A stretch of DNA of 64,000 nt from Thermoproteota archaeon (GTDB taxonomy: Archaea; Korarchaeota; Korarchaeia; B14-G2), in assembly GCA_037917675.1 (NCBI GenBank), contig JAVCBW010000005.1:1-64000 (forward strand), given 5' to 3'. The first letter of the stretch is position 1. Every line of letters begins with the position of its first letter. This document shows, in pieces, positions 1 through 9,199 of the stretch. The position numbers and the translations under genes are program-made. The notes below the pieces were generated by a model. That model worked only from the letters and a program-made list of their open reading frames with translations. It was not told the origin of the DNA and ran no database searches.

Positions 1-20
1 CTGCAGTATAAGCTATTTGA

Positions 21-53
21 GAAATTTGTCAGAAATCCATTATGACAAATTTC
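21..53. repeat. 11-bp perfect inverted repeat in AT-rich non-coding DNA
   Basis: GAAATTTGTCA (21-31) and TGACAAATTTC (43-53) with an 11-nt spacer. Confidence 0.8.
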
Positions 54-560
54 ACATGAAATGGCGGTGCGCGTATGCATGTGTATACTTGGAAAATAAA
101 CATAGTCATAATACAGGAGCCGAGCATGAAAACTTGCTGGCAGCTGTCAAGGAGAGCCTACCATGCATCCTCTTCAGCTAAATGCATTGCATAAACCTTC
201 CTTCACCCATGGCTGTAGGTTTCAGGTGGGGATCTGTTATCGTATTCTTCTGAGTATACATCCAGCTAGGGCTGTATCAGGCTACTGCATCCACCCTCCT
301 CCCATCATCTGTGAATTCTATGAATTAAACAGTGTAATCCATAGAATGTTATTCGTTTACGCAAGATGTGTTTATCACATAAATTTACCATTTGCATTAT
401 TATGTAAATATTATTGACATTTCGTATCATGCTGAATGCTTGGCTTGTTGGGGGGATGGTAGCCGTCAGCTAGGCTAGACACCTTGAATCAGAAGGGTAT
501 GATGGTAAAATTTATTAAAGCCTAGGAGAGACAGAATAGTGTCAGATGGAGGTGTTGGAT

Positions 561-767
561 GTGTCTGAGTTCCCGCTAGCACCCATGGCTAGGATCCTAA
601 AGAAGGCTGGTGCAGAGAGGGTGAGTGAGAGCGCGAAGAAGGCTCTCGCCAAGGTGCTCGAGGACCACGCTAAAGCCATTGCTAAGAAGGCTGTTGAGCT
701 GGCTGGGCACGCTAAGAGGAAGACTGTCACTGCTGAGGACATAGAGCTTGCCTTGGAGTCTCTTTAG
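561..767 (+). CDS. Archaeal histone (HMf family)
   Basis: [23 protein letters not shown]...[18 protein letters not shown] at 561 follows SD GGAGGTG; TATA-like TTTATTAAA at about 511-519. The ORF track starts at 546. Confidence 0.95.
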   Translation: MSEFPLAPMARILKKAGAERVSESAKKALAKVLEDHAKAIAKKAVELAGHAKRKTVTAEDIELALESL

Positions 768-781
768 CCACATGCACCACA

Positions 782-792
782 CTTTTATTTTT
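782..792 (+). terminator. Oligo-T terminator after the histone gene
   Basis: CTTTTATTTTT about 15 nt after the stop codon. Confidence 0.55.
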
Positions 793-815
793 GGTGTCTT
801 CATCTTGGGGCCTCT

Positions 816-2075
816 GTGAGGTGGGGGAAGGGTAGTAGGGAGGCAGTTGAGAGGAGGCAGGAGAAGAGGATAAACTGGATTCTGCGTCTTCTGAGAAGGA
901 GATCGATGTTCTACAGGAGGATACTCAGAGATCTGTGGGATTCTGGCAGAGTTAGCCTGTCTGAGTTCAAGGCTAAGGTCCCTCTGCTTGATAGGAGCAT
1001 ACTTATAGCTGAGCAGCATGCGAGGCCTCCCTTTGGAGAAATAGTGTTATCTGGCTTGGAGAAACTTGTTTCTGTTGGAGCTACTGGATATATGGGCTTC
1101 AGCTTCACTGGGGCTCCTGTTAGAGTCCCTGTAGCAAGAGATGACTTAGAGCATGGTGGTATGCTTGCTGCCCGCGTGTTCAGGGAGGCTGGTGTCAGGA
1201 GAGGAGAGAGGCTGTATGTGCTTGAGGACCCTAGGTGTAGCTCTATAGTGCTGTATGCGCTTAGAGGAGCTAGGCTTGCAGGAGGCTCTGTTATCCAGGT
1301 TGGTGCTGGGCGTACCCTAAGGACTATCAGGTTCATTATGGCCTCGCTTCCGCCAGCTATGCTCTGGTGCTCTCCAACATATGCCTATAGGCTTGCTGAG
1401 GCCCTGTCTAGTGAGGGGGCTAAGACAGCTATCAGGGTGGTTGCTGGCTGGGGTGAGCTAGGCTTTGGCGCCATGGGGTTTAGGAGGAGGCTTATGGAGC
1501 TTTGGAGTGAGGTAGCTGATGGAGTAGAGTTCTTCGATGTCTATGCGATGGGGGAGGTTGGTGTACTTGGATGTGAGTGTAGCTGCCACCATGGACTGCA
1601 CTTGTTTGAAGACTACTACCTGTTTGAGCTGGTTGACCCTGATACTGGAGAGCTTTGTGAGGAGAGGGGGGAGCTTGTTGTCTCTCATCTCTATCCCGCC
1701 TCTCTGCCTCTCTTGAGGTATAGGACTGGAGACCTTGCTGAGGTTGAGTGGGATGAGTGTAGCTGTGGTAGGGTGTTTGCTAGAGCTAGGCTGCTAGGTA
1801 GGGTTGAGGAGTGCAGGAGGCTTCCAGGTGGATTTAGGAGCGTCCTGGAGCTTATGGAGGCCTTAGCTTCAGCTGGCGTATATGACCCAGGGTGGCGTTA
1901 CTTGCCTGACAAGGGAGTGCTTGCTGCTGAGGAGGCTGATGTAGCTAAGCGTATCTTTGGTGTAGTTGAGGGTCTTAGAGGGGAGAAGCCTATGCACAGG
2001 TCTTATCACGTTTGGGTTAGAGACTTCAGTGAAGCTTACAGGTTTCAGATGAGGCTTGAGGGGGTTCTAGCTTGA
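816..2075 (+). CDS. Phenylacetate-CoA ligase/F390 synthetase-like protein, divergent
   Basis: YAMGEVG, LELVDPDTGE-like, LPLLRYRTGDL and CSCGR motifs. The P-loop is degenerate and the C-terminal domain is short. Confidence 0.75.
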   Translation: MRWGKGSREAVERRQEKRINWILRLLRRRSMFYRRILRDLWDSGRVSLSEFKAKVPLLDRSILIAEQHARPPFGEIVLSGLEKLVSVGATGYMGFSFTGAPVRVPVARDDLEHGGMLAARVFREAGVRRGERLYVLEDPRCSSIVLYALRGARLAGGSVIQVGAGRTLRTIRFIMASLPPAMLWCSPTYAYRLAEALSSEGAKTAIRVVAGWGELGFGAMGFRRRLMELWSEVADGVEFFDVYAMGEVGVLGCECSCHHGLHLFEDYYLFELVDPDTGELCEERGELVVSHLYPASLPLLRYRTGDLAEVEWDECSCGRVFARARLLGRVEECRRLPGGFRSVLELMEALASAGVYDPGWRYLPDKGVLAAEEADVAKRIFGVVEGLRGEKPMHRSYHVWVRDFSEAYRFQMRLEGVLA

Positions 2076-3457
2076 GGTACTGGAGCAGGGTTGAGGTGGC
2101 TTCTAGAGCTGAGGTCAGGAGGATACAGCTGAGGAGGCTTAAGAGGGTCATCAGGTATGTGTGGAGCAGGTCTAGGTTCTATAGGAGGAAGCTTAGGGAT
2201 GCTGGTGTCCACCCGAGTGACTTGAGGAGCCTTGAGGACGTCAGGAGGATACCTCTGACTGGAAAGGAGGAGCTCAGAGAGCTTCAGCTCAGGAACGTTA
2301 GGGAGGGTAGGCTACCCTATGATGGGCTTCTCTGTGTCCCTGAGGGAGAGGTTGCTACATGTGTGGGGACAACTGGGACTACGGGCATCCCGCTTATCGT
2401 CCCCTTGACTCTGAGAGATGCTAGCATGTATCATGGTGGAGAAGTCTGCCACCGTGCGTATATTGCAGTAGGGCTTAAGCCAGGTGATATAGTTCAGAAT
2501 GCATTTAACCACAGCTTCTGGTTTACGAGCGCCTCTCTGGTTGACTTAGCATGTAGGGCTCCAAGCTACCCTACAGTCTACTTGACCTCTCACATAGGGA
2601 ACTCTAGGCTTCAGCTTAAGCTTATTCAGGAGCTTAAGCCTAGAGCCTTCAGCTCCACTCCATCCTACTGCCTCTATCTTGCTGAGCTAGCTAGAGAGCA
2701 GGGGCTTGACCCCCGTGAGCTCAGCGTTGAGATTCTTCTGCTGGCTGGTGAGCCTGGGGCCTCTATACCATCCTTTAGAAGGAGGATTGAAGATGCCTGG
2801 AGAGCTAAGGCCTATGATATCTATGGGCTTGTTGAGATGGGGTGGATTGGAGGAGAGTGCTGGGCTCAGTCTGGGATCCATGTGGCAGAGGACATGTTTC
2901 TAGCTGAGGTAGTTGACCCTGATACGGGGGAGCCTGTTGGAGAAGGGGAGGAGGGGAGCCTAGTTTTAACCCACCTTAAGAGGGAAGCTATGCCTCTGCT
3001 CAGATATGACACCAGAGACATCGTCAGAGCCTCCTTTGAGCCATGTGAGTGTGGTAGGACACACATGAGGCTCCTGGGAGGGATAATCGGGAGGGCTACT
3101 GAGCAGCTGAAGATCAAGGGGTTAGCTGTCTATCCTAGCCAGATAGCAGAGGTACTAAATAGGATACCGGAGTGTACAGGGCACTTCCTGATAGTTGTAG
3201 GGAAGGATGGTAAGGAGATACTTGACACCTGTACTGTCAGAGTTGAGGTTAAGCGTGGGCTTGTGAGTGAGGAGCTCAGGAGGAAGGTGGCTAGAGAGCT
3301 GCAGTCAGCTATATGGATCACTCCAGAGGTGGAGCTTGTGGAGGAAGGAGGGCTCTCTAGGTTTGTGATGAAGAGCATTAGGGTACTCGACTTGAGGGAG
3401 CCTGATGCGCTCAGAGGCTACCTGCAATCCTCTAGAGCACAGCAGGCGATCGCCTGA
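2072..3457 (+). CDS. Phenylacetate-CoA ligase family (PaaK-like)
   Basis: TTGTTG P-loop, YGLVEMG, MPLLRYDTRDI, IKGLAVYPSQI. Its TTG start overlaps the upstream TGA. Confidence 0.88.
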   Translation: MRYWSRVEVASRAEVRRIQLRRLKRVIRYVWSRSRFYRRKLRDAGVHPSDLRSLEDVRRIPLTGKEELRELQLRNVREGRLPYDGLLCVPEGEVATCVGTTGTTGIPLIVPLTLRDASMYHGGEVCHRAYIAVGLKPGDIVQNAFNHSFWFTSASLVDLACRAPSYPTVYLTSHIGNSRLQLKLIQELKPRAFSSTPSYCLYLAELAREQGLDPRELSVEILLLAGEPGASIPSFRRRIEDAWRAKAYDIYGLVEMGWIGGECWAQSGIHVAEDMFLAEVVDPDTGEPVGEGEEGSLVLTHLKREAMPLLRYDTRDIVRASFEPCECGRTHMRLLGGIIGRATEQLKIKGLAVYPSQIAEVLNRIPECTGHFLIVVGKDGKEILDTCTVRVEVKRGLVSEELRRKVARELQSAIWITPEVELVEEGGLSRFVMKSIRVLDLREPDALRGYLQSSRAQQAIA

Positions 3458-3460
3458 CAG

Positions 3461-4906
3461 CTAGGCAGAGCTCTTAATCTTCCATCTTGGGCCTTCAGGT
3501 GTGTCCTCAACTTCTATCCCAGCCTTCCTCAGGGCTTCTCTTATGGAGTCAGCTAGCCTCCAGTTTCTCTCTCTTCTAGCCTCCTCTCTTAGCTCTAGGA
3601 TGGCCTCAACAACCCTTGACAGCCCTTCTCCAGCTGGCTTAAGCTCCTCTAGAGGTATACCCATCACTCTACTGAAGTCCTCTAGGAGCTCTAGAGCTTT
3701 TAGTGCAGCATAGGAGCTCACTCCTCCTCTCTGGGATGTCGTCTTGAATACTACTCTAACAAGCTTGAAGACTGCTGCTATAGCCTCAGGGGTGTTGAAG
3801 TCGCTGTCCATCGCGTCCTCAAACTCTCTTCTGGCTTCCTCTACGGCATCTAGGAGCTCTCTGCTGTTCTCCTCCCTGGCAGAGAGATCCTCTAGGCTTC
3901 TGCATGGCTCTGCTCTCTGGTATGCTTGCTGAAGAAGGCTTGCTGCTGCAGTCAGCCTCTCTAGTGAGCGAGATGCCTCATCTAGCCTTTGGAAGCTGAA
4001 TTCAAGCGGGCTCCTGTAGTGTGCTGATAGAGCGAACAGCCTTATTGCTCTTGGGTCATAGCGGGCTAGAGCCTCTCTTATCGTTGTGAAGTTCTTTAGG
4101 GACTTTGACATCTCCTGTCCTTTCACTGTCACTAGGCCATTGTGGATCCAGTACCTTGAGAAGGGCTTTCCTGTTAGGGCTTCACTCTGCGCTATCTCAT
4201 TCTCATGGTGGGGGAATATGAGGTCTTGTCCTCCACCATGTACGTCTAGGGTTTCTCCAAGATACTTCATGCTCATGATGCTACACTCTATGTGCCAGCC
4301 TGGCCTCCCCTGGCCCCATGGGCTAGGCCAGCTTGGCTCCCCTGGCTTAGCTGCCTTCCAGAGAGCGAAGTCCTCTGGGCTCTTCTTGTCTTCTCCAGGC
4401 TCAACTCTTGCTCCAGCTGCTATCTCCTCTATGCTCTGCTTGGAAAGCTTGCCGTAGCCTCTAAACTTCCTGACTGCGAAGTATACGTTTCCTCGGGGGG
4501 TTGCGTAAGCATAGCCCTTCTCTATGAGCTTCTCTACAGCCCTGATTATGTCAGGTATGTGCTCTGTGACTCTAGGGTATAGATCTGCCCTCTTCACGTA
4601 GAGGGCATCCATGTCCTCTAGGTAGGCTTTCTCATAGTATCTTGAGAGCTCAATTGGGTCCCTTCCAAGCTCAGCTGCCCTCCTTATCACCTTGTCATCT
4701 ATGTCAGTTATGTTCACTATGAGCTTGACCCTATATCCGCGGTACTCAAGCCATCTCCTCATGACATCAAAGCATATGTATGCTCTAGCATGCCCTATAT
4801 GGGAGTAGTCGTATGTAGTTGGACCACACACATACATCCTTACCTCTCTGCCCTTAAGCGGCTTGAACTCCTCTATTCCCCCAGTTAGGGTGTTATATAC
4901 CTTCAA
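3461..4906 (-). CDS. cysS: Cysteine--tRNA ligase
   Basis: MYVCGPT, HIGH, GRPGWHIECS, HGGGQDLIFPHHENE, MSKS. The probable start is TTG at 4906, because the longer ORF runs into tRNA-Tyr. Confidence 0.97.
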   Translation of the reverse strand: MKVYNTLTGGIEEFKPLKGREVRMYVCGPTTYDYSHIGHARAYICFDVMRRWLEYRGYRVKLIVNITDIDDKVIRRAAELGRDPIELSRYYEKAYLEDMDALYVKRADLYPRVTEHIPDIIRAVEKLIEKGYAYATPRGNVYFAVRKFRGYGKLSKQSIEEIAAGARVEPGEDKKSPEDFALWKAAKPGEPSWPSPWGQGRPGWHIECSIMSMKYLGETLDVHGGGQDLIFPHHENEIAQSEALTGKPFSRYWIHNGLVTVKGQEMSKSLKNFTTIREALARYDPRAIRLFALSAHYRSPLEFSFQRLDEASRSLERLTAAASLLQQAYQRAEPCRSLEDLSAREENSRELLDAVEEARREFEDAMDSDFNTPEAIAAVFKLVRVVFKTTSQRGGVSSYAALKALELLEDFSRVMGIPLEELKPAGEGLSRVVEAILELREEARRERNWRLADSIREALRKAGIEVEDTPEGPRWKIKSSA

Positions 4907-4963
4907 GGCAGCCCCCTGCTGCCAGAGGCTGCTATGGATATAATGGTTTGGAAAGAGGCAAGG

Positions 4964-5122
4964 TCCCGCCGCCCGGAGCCTCACCCTGCAAGGCAGAGCT
5001 TTGAACCGGGGACCTGCCGGTCTCTGGCTTTCAGAGCAGCCGCTGTGTAGCTCCAGGCTGCACCTGAAGCCTACAGCCGGCCGCTCTCAGCCTAGCTGCC
5101 TACCAGACTGAGCTACGGCGGG
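4964..5122 (-). tRNA. tRNA-Tyr(GTA) with three introns (D-loop about 14 nt; 37/38, 49 nt; 59/60, 22 nt)
   Basis: The spliced sequence CCCGCCGTAGCTCAGTCTGGTAGAGCGGCCGGCTGTAGACCGGCAGGTCCCCGGTTCAAATCCGGGCGGCGGGA folds as a complete cloverleaf with C1:G72 and A73. Upstream AAGGTTAAATAG promoter at about 5146-5157. Confidence 0.93.
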
Positions 5123-5235
5123 ACCAGCTTACTATCAGATCAGATCTATTTAACCTTATCGCATACCATGCTGCTGAGGAGCTTGAGCTCAAGAGCTCAG
5201 GTACCTTTAATAATGGGAGGCAGGTATAGTTCTCA

Positions 5236-5321
5236 GGGCCCGTAGCTCAGTCCGGTAGAGCACCGGGCTTTTAAGCTCTGATGGAACCCGGGGGTCGCGG
5301 GTTCGAGTCCCGCCGGGCCCG
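5236..5321 (+). tRNA. tRNA-Lys(TTT) with a 12-nt intron at 37/38
   Basis: GGGCCCG/CGGGCCC acceptor stem; CCGGG-CTTTTA[agctctgatgga]A-CCCGG; GGTTCGAGTCC T-arm; TTTAATAA TATA box at about 5206. Confidence 0.92.
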
Positions 5322-5517
5322 CTGGAAGCCTTAATCTGCTGACGCCATGCCTCTGTCATTGATCCTAGGCTACATGCCTGTAGCCTGGTGTTTTCACGCC
5401 GCCGGTAGCTGACTGCTTTTTGTGGCCTCTGGTTGCTGTCGTGATTTAGCTGCTATCTAAGTTGGTAGGTTTAGGTAATGTTCTTAAGTTAGAGTGTATG
5501 TGTAGGATGGGGGTTCC

Positions 5518-6024
5518 TTGTCATATTGGGATGAGTGGGAGGACAGAAGACGTAGGAGAAGAGACCCGTTCCTCGACTTCTTTGAGGAAGTTCAGAGGAT
5601 GTTTGAGAGGATGTTTGAGGATAGCATGAGAGGCTTTGATGACTGGAGTGAGCTGAGCAGCGGGCGTAGGGCTGATAGGAAGCCTAGAGTATATGGGTGG
5701 TCTATCACGATAGGCCCTAATGGAGAGCCTATTGTGAGGAGGTTTGACGCGCCAGGTGGGGGGAGCATTGTCAGAGAGGAGCCTGTCCCAGCTAAGGAGC
5801 CTATTGTCGACGTCTTTGATGAGGAAGATGAGGTCGTTGTGGTGGCTGAGCTCCCAGGGGCTAGGAAGGAGGATTTAAGGCTTAATGCTAGCAGAGATAG
5901 CCTTGAGATGAGGGTGGCAGGGTCCTTCTACAAGGTGATCAAGCTCCCTTGCCAGGTTAATCCTGATAGAGCTAAGGCTACATTCAACAATGGTGTACTT
6001 GAGGTAAGGCTTCCTAAGGAGTGA
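5518..6024 (+). CDS. hsp20: Small heat-shock protein Hsp20 (archaeal type)
   Basis: VYGWSITIGPNGEP, EPIVDVFDEEDEVVVVAELPG, KATFNNGVLEVRLPK. Confidence 0.93.
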   Translation: MSYWDEWEDRRRRRRDPFLDFFEEVQRMFERMFEDSMRGFDDWSELSSGRRADRKPRVYGWSITIGPNGEPIVRRFDAPGGGSIVREEPVPAKEPIVDVFDEEDEVVVVAELPGARKEDLRLNASRDSLEMRVAGSFYKVIKLPCQVNPDRAKATFNNGVLEVRLPKE

Positions 6025-6028
6025 GGGT

Positions 6029-6907
6029 GTGCCTGTCCTAGTTGAGAGGTGTAGTTCTCCTAGCATAGGTGTTGTTGAGAAGGTTTTTAGAGAGCTCAGC
6101 TTGGAGAGAGAGCTTAGGAGAGCAGATAAGGTCGTTGTCAAGCTCAACCTATGTGGTTTTAGGAGCTGGGATACTGGAGCTACAAGCGACCCTAGGTTTG
6201 TGGAGGCTGTAGTCGAGTATGTTAGGGAGACTGCACCTGATAAGCCTATCTATCTTGCTGAAGCTGATGCTACTAATGCTAGAGCAAGTCTGCTATTCAA
6301 GTGGCTTGGCTTCGAGAAGCTTGCAGAGAAGCTTGGCGTTAGGCTACTAAACCTATCGAAGGGAGAGTGGGTGGAGGTTGATGTCGGATATGGGCCCTAT
6401 GAGAGGCTCAAGTTCTCGAGGGCTCTTCTGGATGGAAGCTTCATAGTCAACTTGGCTAAGCTGAAGACTCACCTCATAACGTATGTCACATGCTCTCTAA
6501 AGAACATGTTTGGCTCACTCTACCACTGGAGGAAGATAGACTACCATAGGAGGCTTGATGAAGCTATAGTTGCAGCTAACTTGGCTGTGAAGTGTGGGGT
6601 GCATATCGTAGATGGGATAGTAGCTCATGAAGGTGAGAGAGGGCCTCTATATGGGAGGCCTGCTAGGCTTGGTGTTGTTGTAGCTGGCATTGAGCCTGCT
6701 AGCGTAGATGCTGTATGTGCTAGGATAGCTGGCTTCAGCCCCCATAGGATCAGGCACATAAGGCTAGCTTCCAGAGCTGGGCTGGGGGAGCTTTCTCCTC
6801 GGGTCCTGGGGCCTGCTATACGCGGGAGGCTTGAGTTCAGCACCCTGAACCATGTGGTCTTCAAGCTTGCTCAGGAGGCTAGGAGCCTACTCTCTAGCCG
6901 CTGGTAG
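6029..6907 (+). CDS. DUF362 family protein
   Basis: VVVKLNL, GATSDPRFVEAV, LAKLKTH, SLKNMFG, IVDGIVAHEGERGP. Confidence 0.85.
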   Translation: MPVLVERCSSPSIGVVEKVFRELSLERELRRADKVVVKLNLCGFRSWDTGATSDPRFVEAVVEYVRETAPDKPIYLAEADATNARASLLFKWLGFEKLAEKLGVRLLNLSKGEWVEVDVGYGPYERLKFSRALLDGSFIVNLAKLKTHLITYVTCSLKNMFGSLYHWRKIDYHRRLDEAIVAANLAVKCGVHIVDGIVAHEGERGPLYGRPARLGVVVAGIEPASVDAVCARIAGFSPHRIRHIRLASRAGLGELSPRVLGPAIRGRLEFSTLNHVVFKLAQEARSLLSSRW

Positions 6908-7926
6908 ACCTCTAGCAGGCGAGGCTCACATGCAAGCTCCCAGGGCTCTAGGCTGCCAGCCGGCTCAGGTGGGCTTCTGAGGAGCTCTATGAGCTTCTTC
7001 GGGTACTCCTCTTCACTCGCTGTGATCACAGGATAGCTTGAGCCTCTGAAGCCTCTTATGTCTGTTGCTAAGACAGGCTTTCCTAGAGCTAGGTACTCTC
7101 CTATCTTCCAGACTGACTCAGGAGTGTAGTAGAAGTCTATTTTGCTCTTAGGCCTTGGAGCTAGACAGAGGTCAGCTGCATTTATCCAGTTTGCAACATC
7201 CTCTCTCGGCACCCTTCCAGTCAGCAGCACCCTGCTTGTAGCCTGCCTTTCAGCTTCTCTCCTGAGCTCAGAAAGCCCGTCTCCATCTCCTACGATAGCT
7301 AGGTACATGCCTTCATGTGCTGCAATAGCCTTGATGCACCTCTTGAGTATGCTTGCACCCTCTATCTCTGATATGTTCCCTGCATATACTGCTAGCTTTG
7401 CGTCAGGTGGTATGCCAGCTATCCTCCTGAGCTCCTCTCTGGTGAGGGTGGGCTTAAAGCCTGCTGTAGGCCTGTTTGGCACCACATAGACCTCTCTAGC
7501 CCCCCATGCTCTAGCTCTTGCTGCCAGTACCCTGTTGACACAGACTACTACATCAGCTTTCCTCGTGACATACTTCTCAATAGCCTCAGCTATCAGAGCT
7601 AGCATGCTACTTTTCCTCAGGAACCTCAGCTCCTCACCCCATGGAGACCTGACATCGTATACTATGGCTCTACCTGCTGCTAGGATCGGTATAGCTAGGA
7701 TGTCAGGGACATTGAACACATGATATATGTCAGCTTTCAGAGTAGCTAGCTTAGCTAGCGAGAGGAGATATGATGTAGCTGACGCAGCTATACTCGGTAG
7801 GAAGCGAGGCTTTTCAGCTGGCTTGAACACGACTACATCATAGCCTGCCTTCCTCAATGAAGCCTCAACTTGCTTGAGCCTAGTCATCTTCTCTGGTGCT
7901 ATCGAGATGAGAGCTACTCTCAGCAT
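6871..7926 (-). CDS. Glycosyltransferase family 4
   Basis: GT-B signatures: ADVVVCVN, VYAGNI, IVGDG, KIGEYLALGKPVLATD. Confidence 0.85.
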   Translation of the reverse strand: MLRVALISIAPEKMTRLKQVEASLRKAGYDVVVFKPAEKPRFLPSIAASATSYLLSLAKLATLKADIYHVFNVPDILAIPILAAGRAIVYDVRSPWGEELRFLRKSSMLALIAEAIEKYVTRKADVVVCVNRVLAARARAWGAREVYVVPNRPTAGFKPTLTREELRRIAGIPPDAKLAVYAGNISEIEGASILKRCIKAIAAHEGMYLAIVGDGDGLSELRREAERQATSRVLLTGRVPREDVANWINAADLCLAPRPKSKIDFYYTPESVWKIGEYLALGKPVLATDIRGFRGSSYPVITASEEEYPKKLIELLRSPPEPAGSLEPWELACEPRLLEVYQRLESRLLAS

Positions 7927-9191
7927 GCTCTCCTATACTCCCGGTATATGGTGAGGGCAGGCTCTCCAGGCCAGGATGGAGGCTTAGCCTCCATCTCCTG
8001 GCTGAACTTGAGGACAACTTCTCCCTTAGGCTCCCTCGAGGCCCTCAGGACTATGAAGCCGAGCTCAGGCCCCTCTCTCTGCAGCCTCACTCTCCCCTCT
8101 CTATGTAGCTGCAGCAGCCTACTAGCTATGCGCCCTCCAGCTCCTGGTGGGTGATATAGCTTTGCTCCCACCTCTCTTAGCTTGCTTCTGTTGACGCTAG
8201 CAGCCCACCTGTATGCTGCCAGTATCCTCTCTGGATCTGTGCCAGCTAGCTTATTCAGCCCTAGCTGGACTGTTTCAACCCACTCTGTTGTCTCTCTGAG
8301 GGTGATGCATGGGACTCCAGCCATAGCTGCCTCCTCTTGCACTCCTCCTGAGTCTGTCAGGATGAGCTTAGCATCTAGCAGTAGGCTCACGAATTCAATG
8401 TAAGGCTGTGGCTCAGTGAGGGCTATGGGCTTGCCTTCAAGCAGCCTAGTGAGCGAGAAGCTCCTTGCCCTCCTGAGCGTCCTTGGGTGGATTGGAAAGA
8501 CTACAGGCTCTCTTATCCTAGAGACTGCTTTCAAGATGGCTTTAAGCTTGTGCTTTGAGTCTACGTTCTCAGCTCTATGGAGGGTGAGGAGGACATACTC
8601 CCCTGGGCTCAGCCCTAGATCCCTGCACTTCCTCCTCAGCTCAGCTTTCGGCCTGATGTAGACGAAGGAGTCGAGGTTTGTGTTCCCTTCTAGGAAGACT
8701 CTGCTAGAAGGGATCCCCTCTTGAGCTAGGTTTAGGGCTGCAGCTTCTGTTGGAGCAAATAGGAGCTGGGAGCAGTGGTCTGTCAAGATCCTGTTGACTT
8801 CCTCTGGCATGTGCATGTCGAAGGATCTGCAGCCTGACTCTATGTGGGCTACAGGGATCTTGAGCTTGACTGAGGCTAGGGCTCCAGCTAGCGTGCTGTT
8901 TGTGTCGCCTACTACGAGCGTAGCGTCAGGCTTCTCTTCTATCAGGTATCTTTCAAGCCTCTCCATTATCCTAGCTGTCTGCTGGGCATGTGAGCCTGAT
9001 CCGACACCTAGGTAGGTGTCAGGCTCCTTTAAGCTAAGGTCCTTTATGATCTGGTCTGACATGGAGCTCTCATAGTGCTGTCCTGTGTGCACGAGCTTGA
9101 GCTCAACCTCGCTTGCTGATGAGAGAGCCCAGATTACGGGAGCTATCTTGACTATCTCTGGCCTGGTCCCTACTACAGCAGCTATCTTCAT
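7920..9191 (-). CDS. wecB: UDP-N-acetylglucosamine 2-epimerase (non-hydrolysing)
   Basis: GTRPEIVK, HTGQHY, GDTNSTLA, HIESGCRS, PEEVNR, TDSGGVQEEA. Confidence 0.95.
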   Translation of the reverse strand: MKIAAVVGTRPEIVKIAPVIWALSSASEVELKLVHTGQHYESSMSDQIIKDLSLKEPDTYLGVGSGSHAQQTARIMERLERYLIEEKPDATLVVGDTNSTLAGALASVKLKIPVAHIESGCRSFDMHMPEEVNRILTDHCSQLLFAPTEAAALNLAQEGIPSSRVFLEGNTNLDSFVYIRPKAELRRKCRDLGLSPGEYVLLTLHRAENVDSKHKLKAILKAVSRIREPVVFPIHPRTLRRARSFSLTRLLEGKPIALTEPQPYIEFVSLLLDAKLILTDSGGVQEEAAMAGVPCITLRETTEWVETVQLGLNKLAGTDPERILAAYRWAASVNRSKLREVGAKLYHPPGAGGRIASRLLQLHREGRVRLQREGPELGFIVLRASREPKGEVVLKFSQEMEAKPPSWPGEPALTIYREYRRAC

Positions 9192-9199
9192 CAGAGCAC

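Noticed and set aside
163-417. 84-aa ORF in the AT-rich block
   Set aside because: Atypical composition, no SD and no recognisable motif; probably spurious.
4907-4984. N-terminal extension of cysS in the ORF track
   Set aside because: Overlaps the 3' end of tRNA-Tyr; the conserved sequence begins at LKVYNTL (TTG 4906).
5022-5070. Nested or tandem intron inside the tRNA-Tyr anticodon intron
   Set aside because: Internal hairpins exist, but I could not build a second valid BHB; one 49-nt intron explains the sequence.
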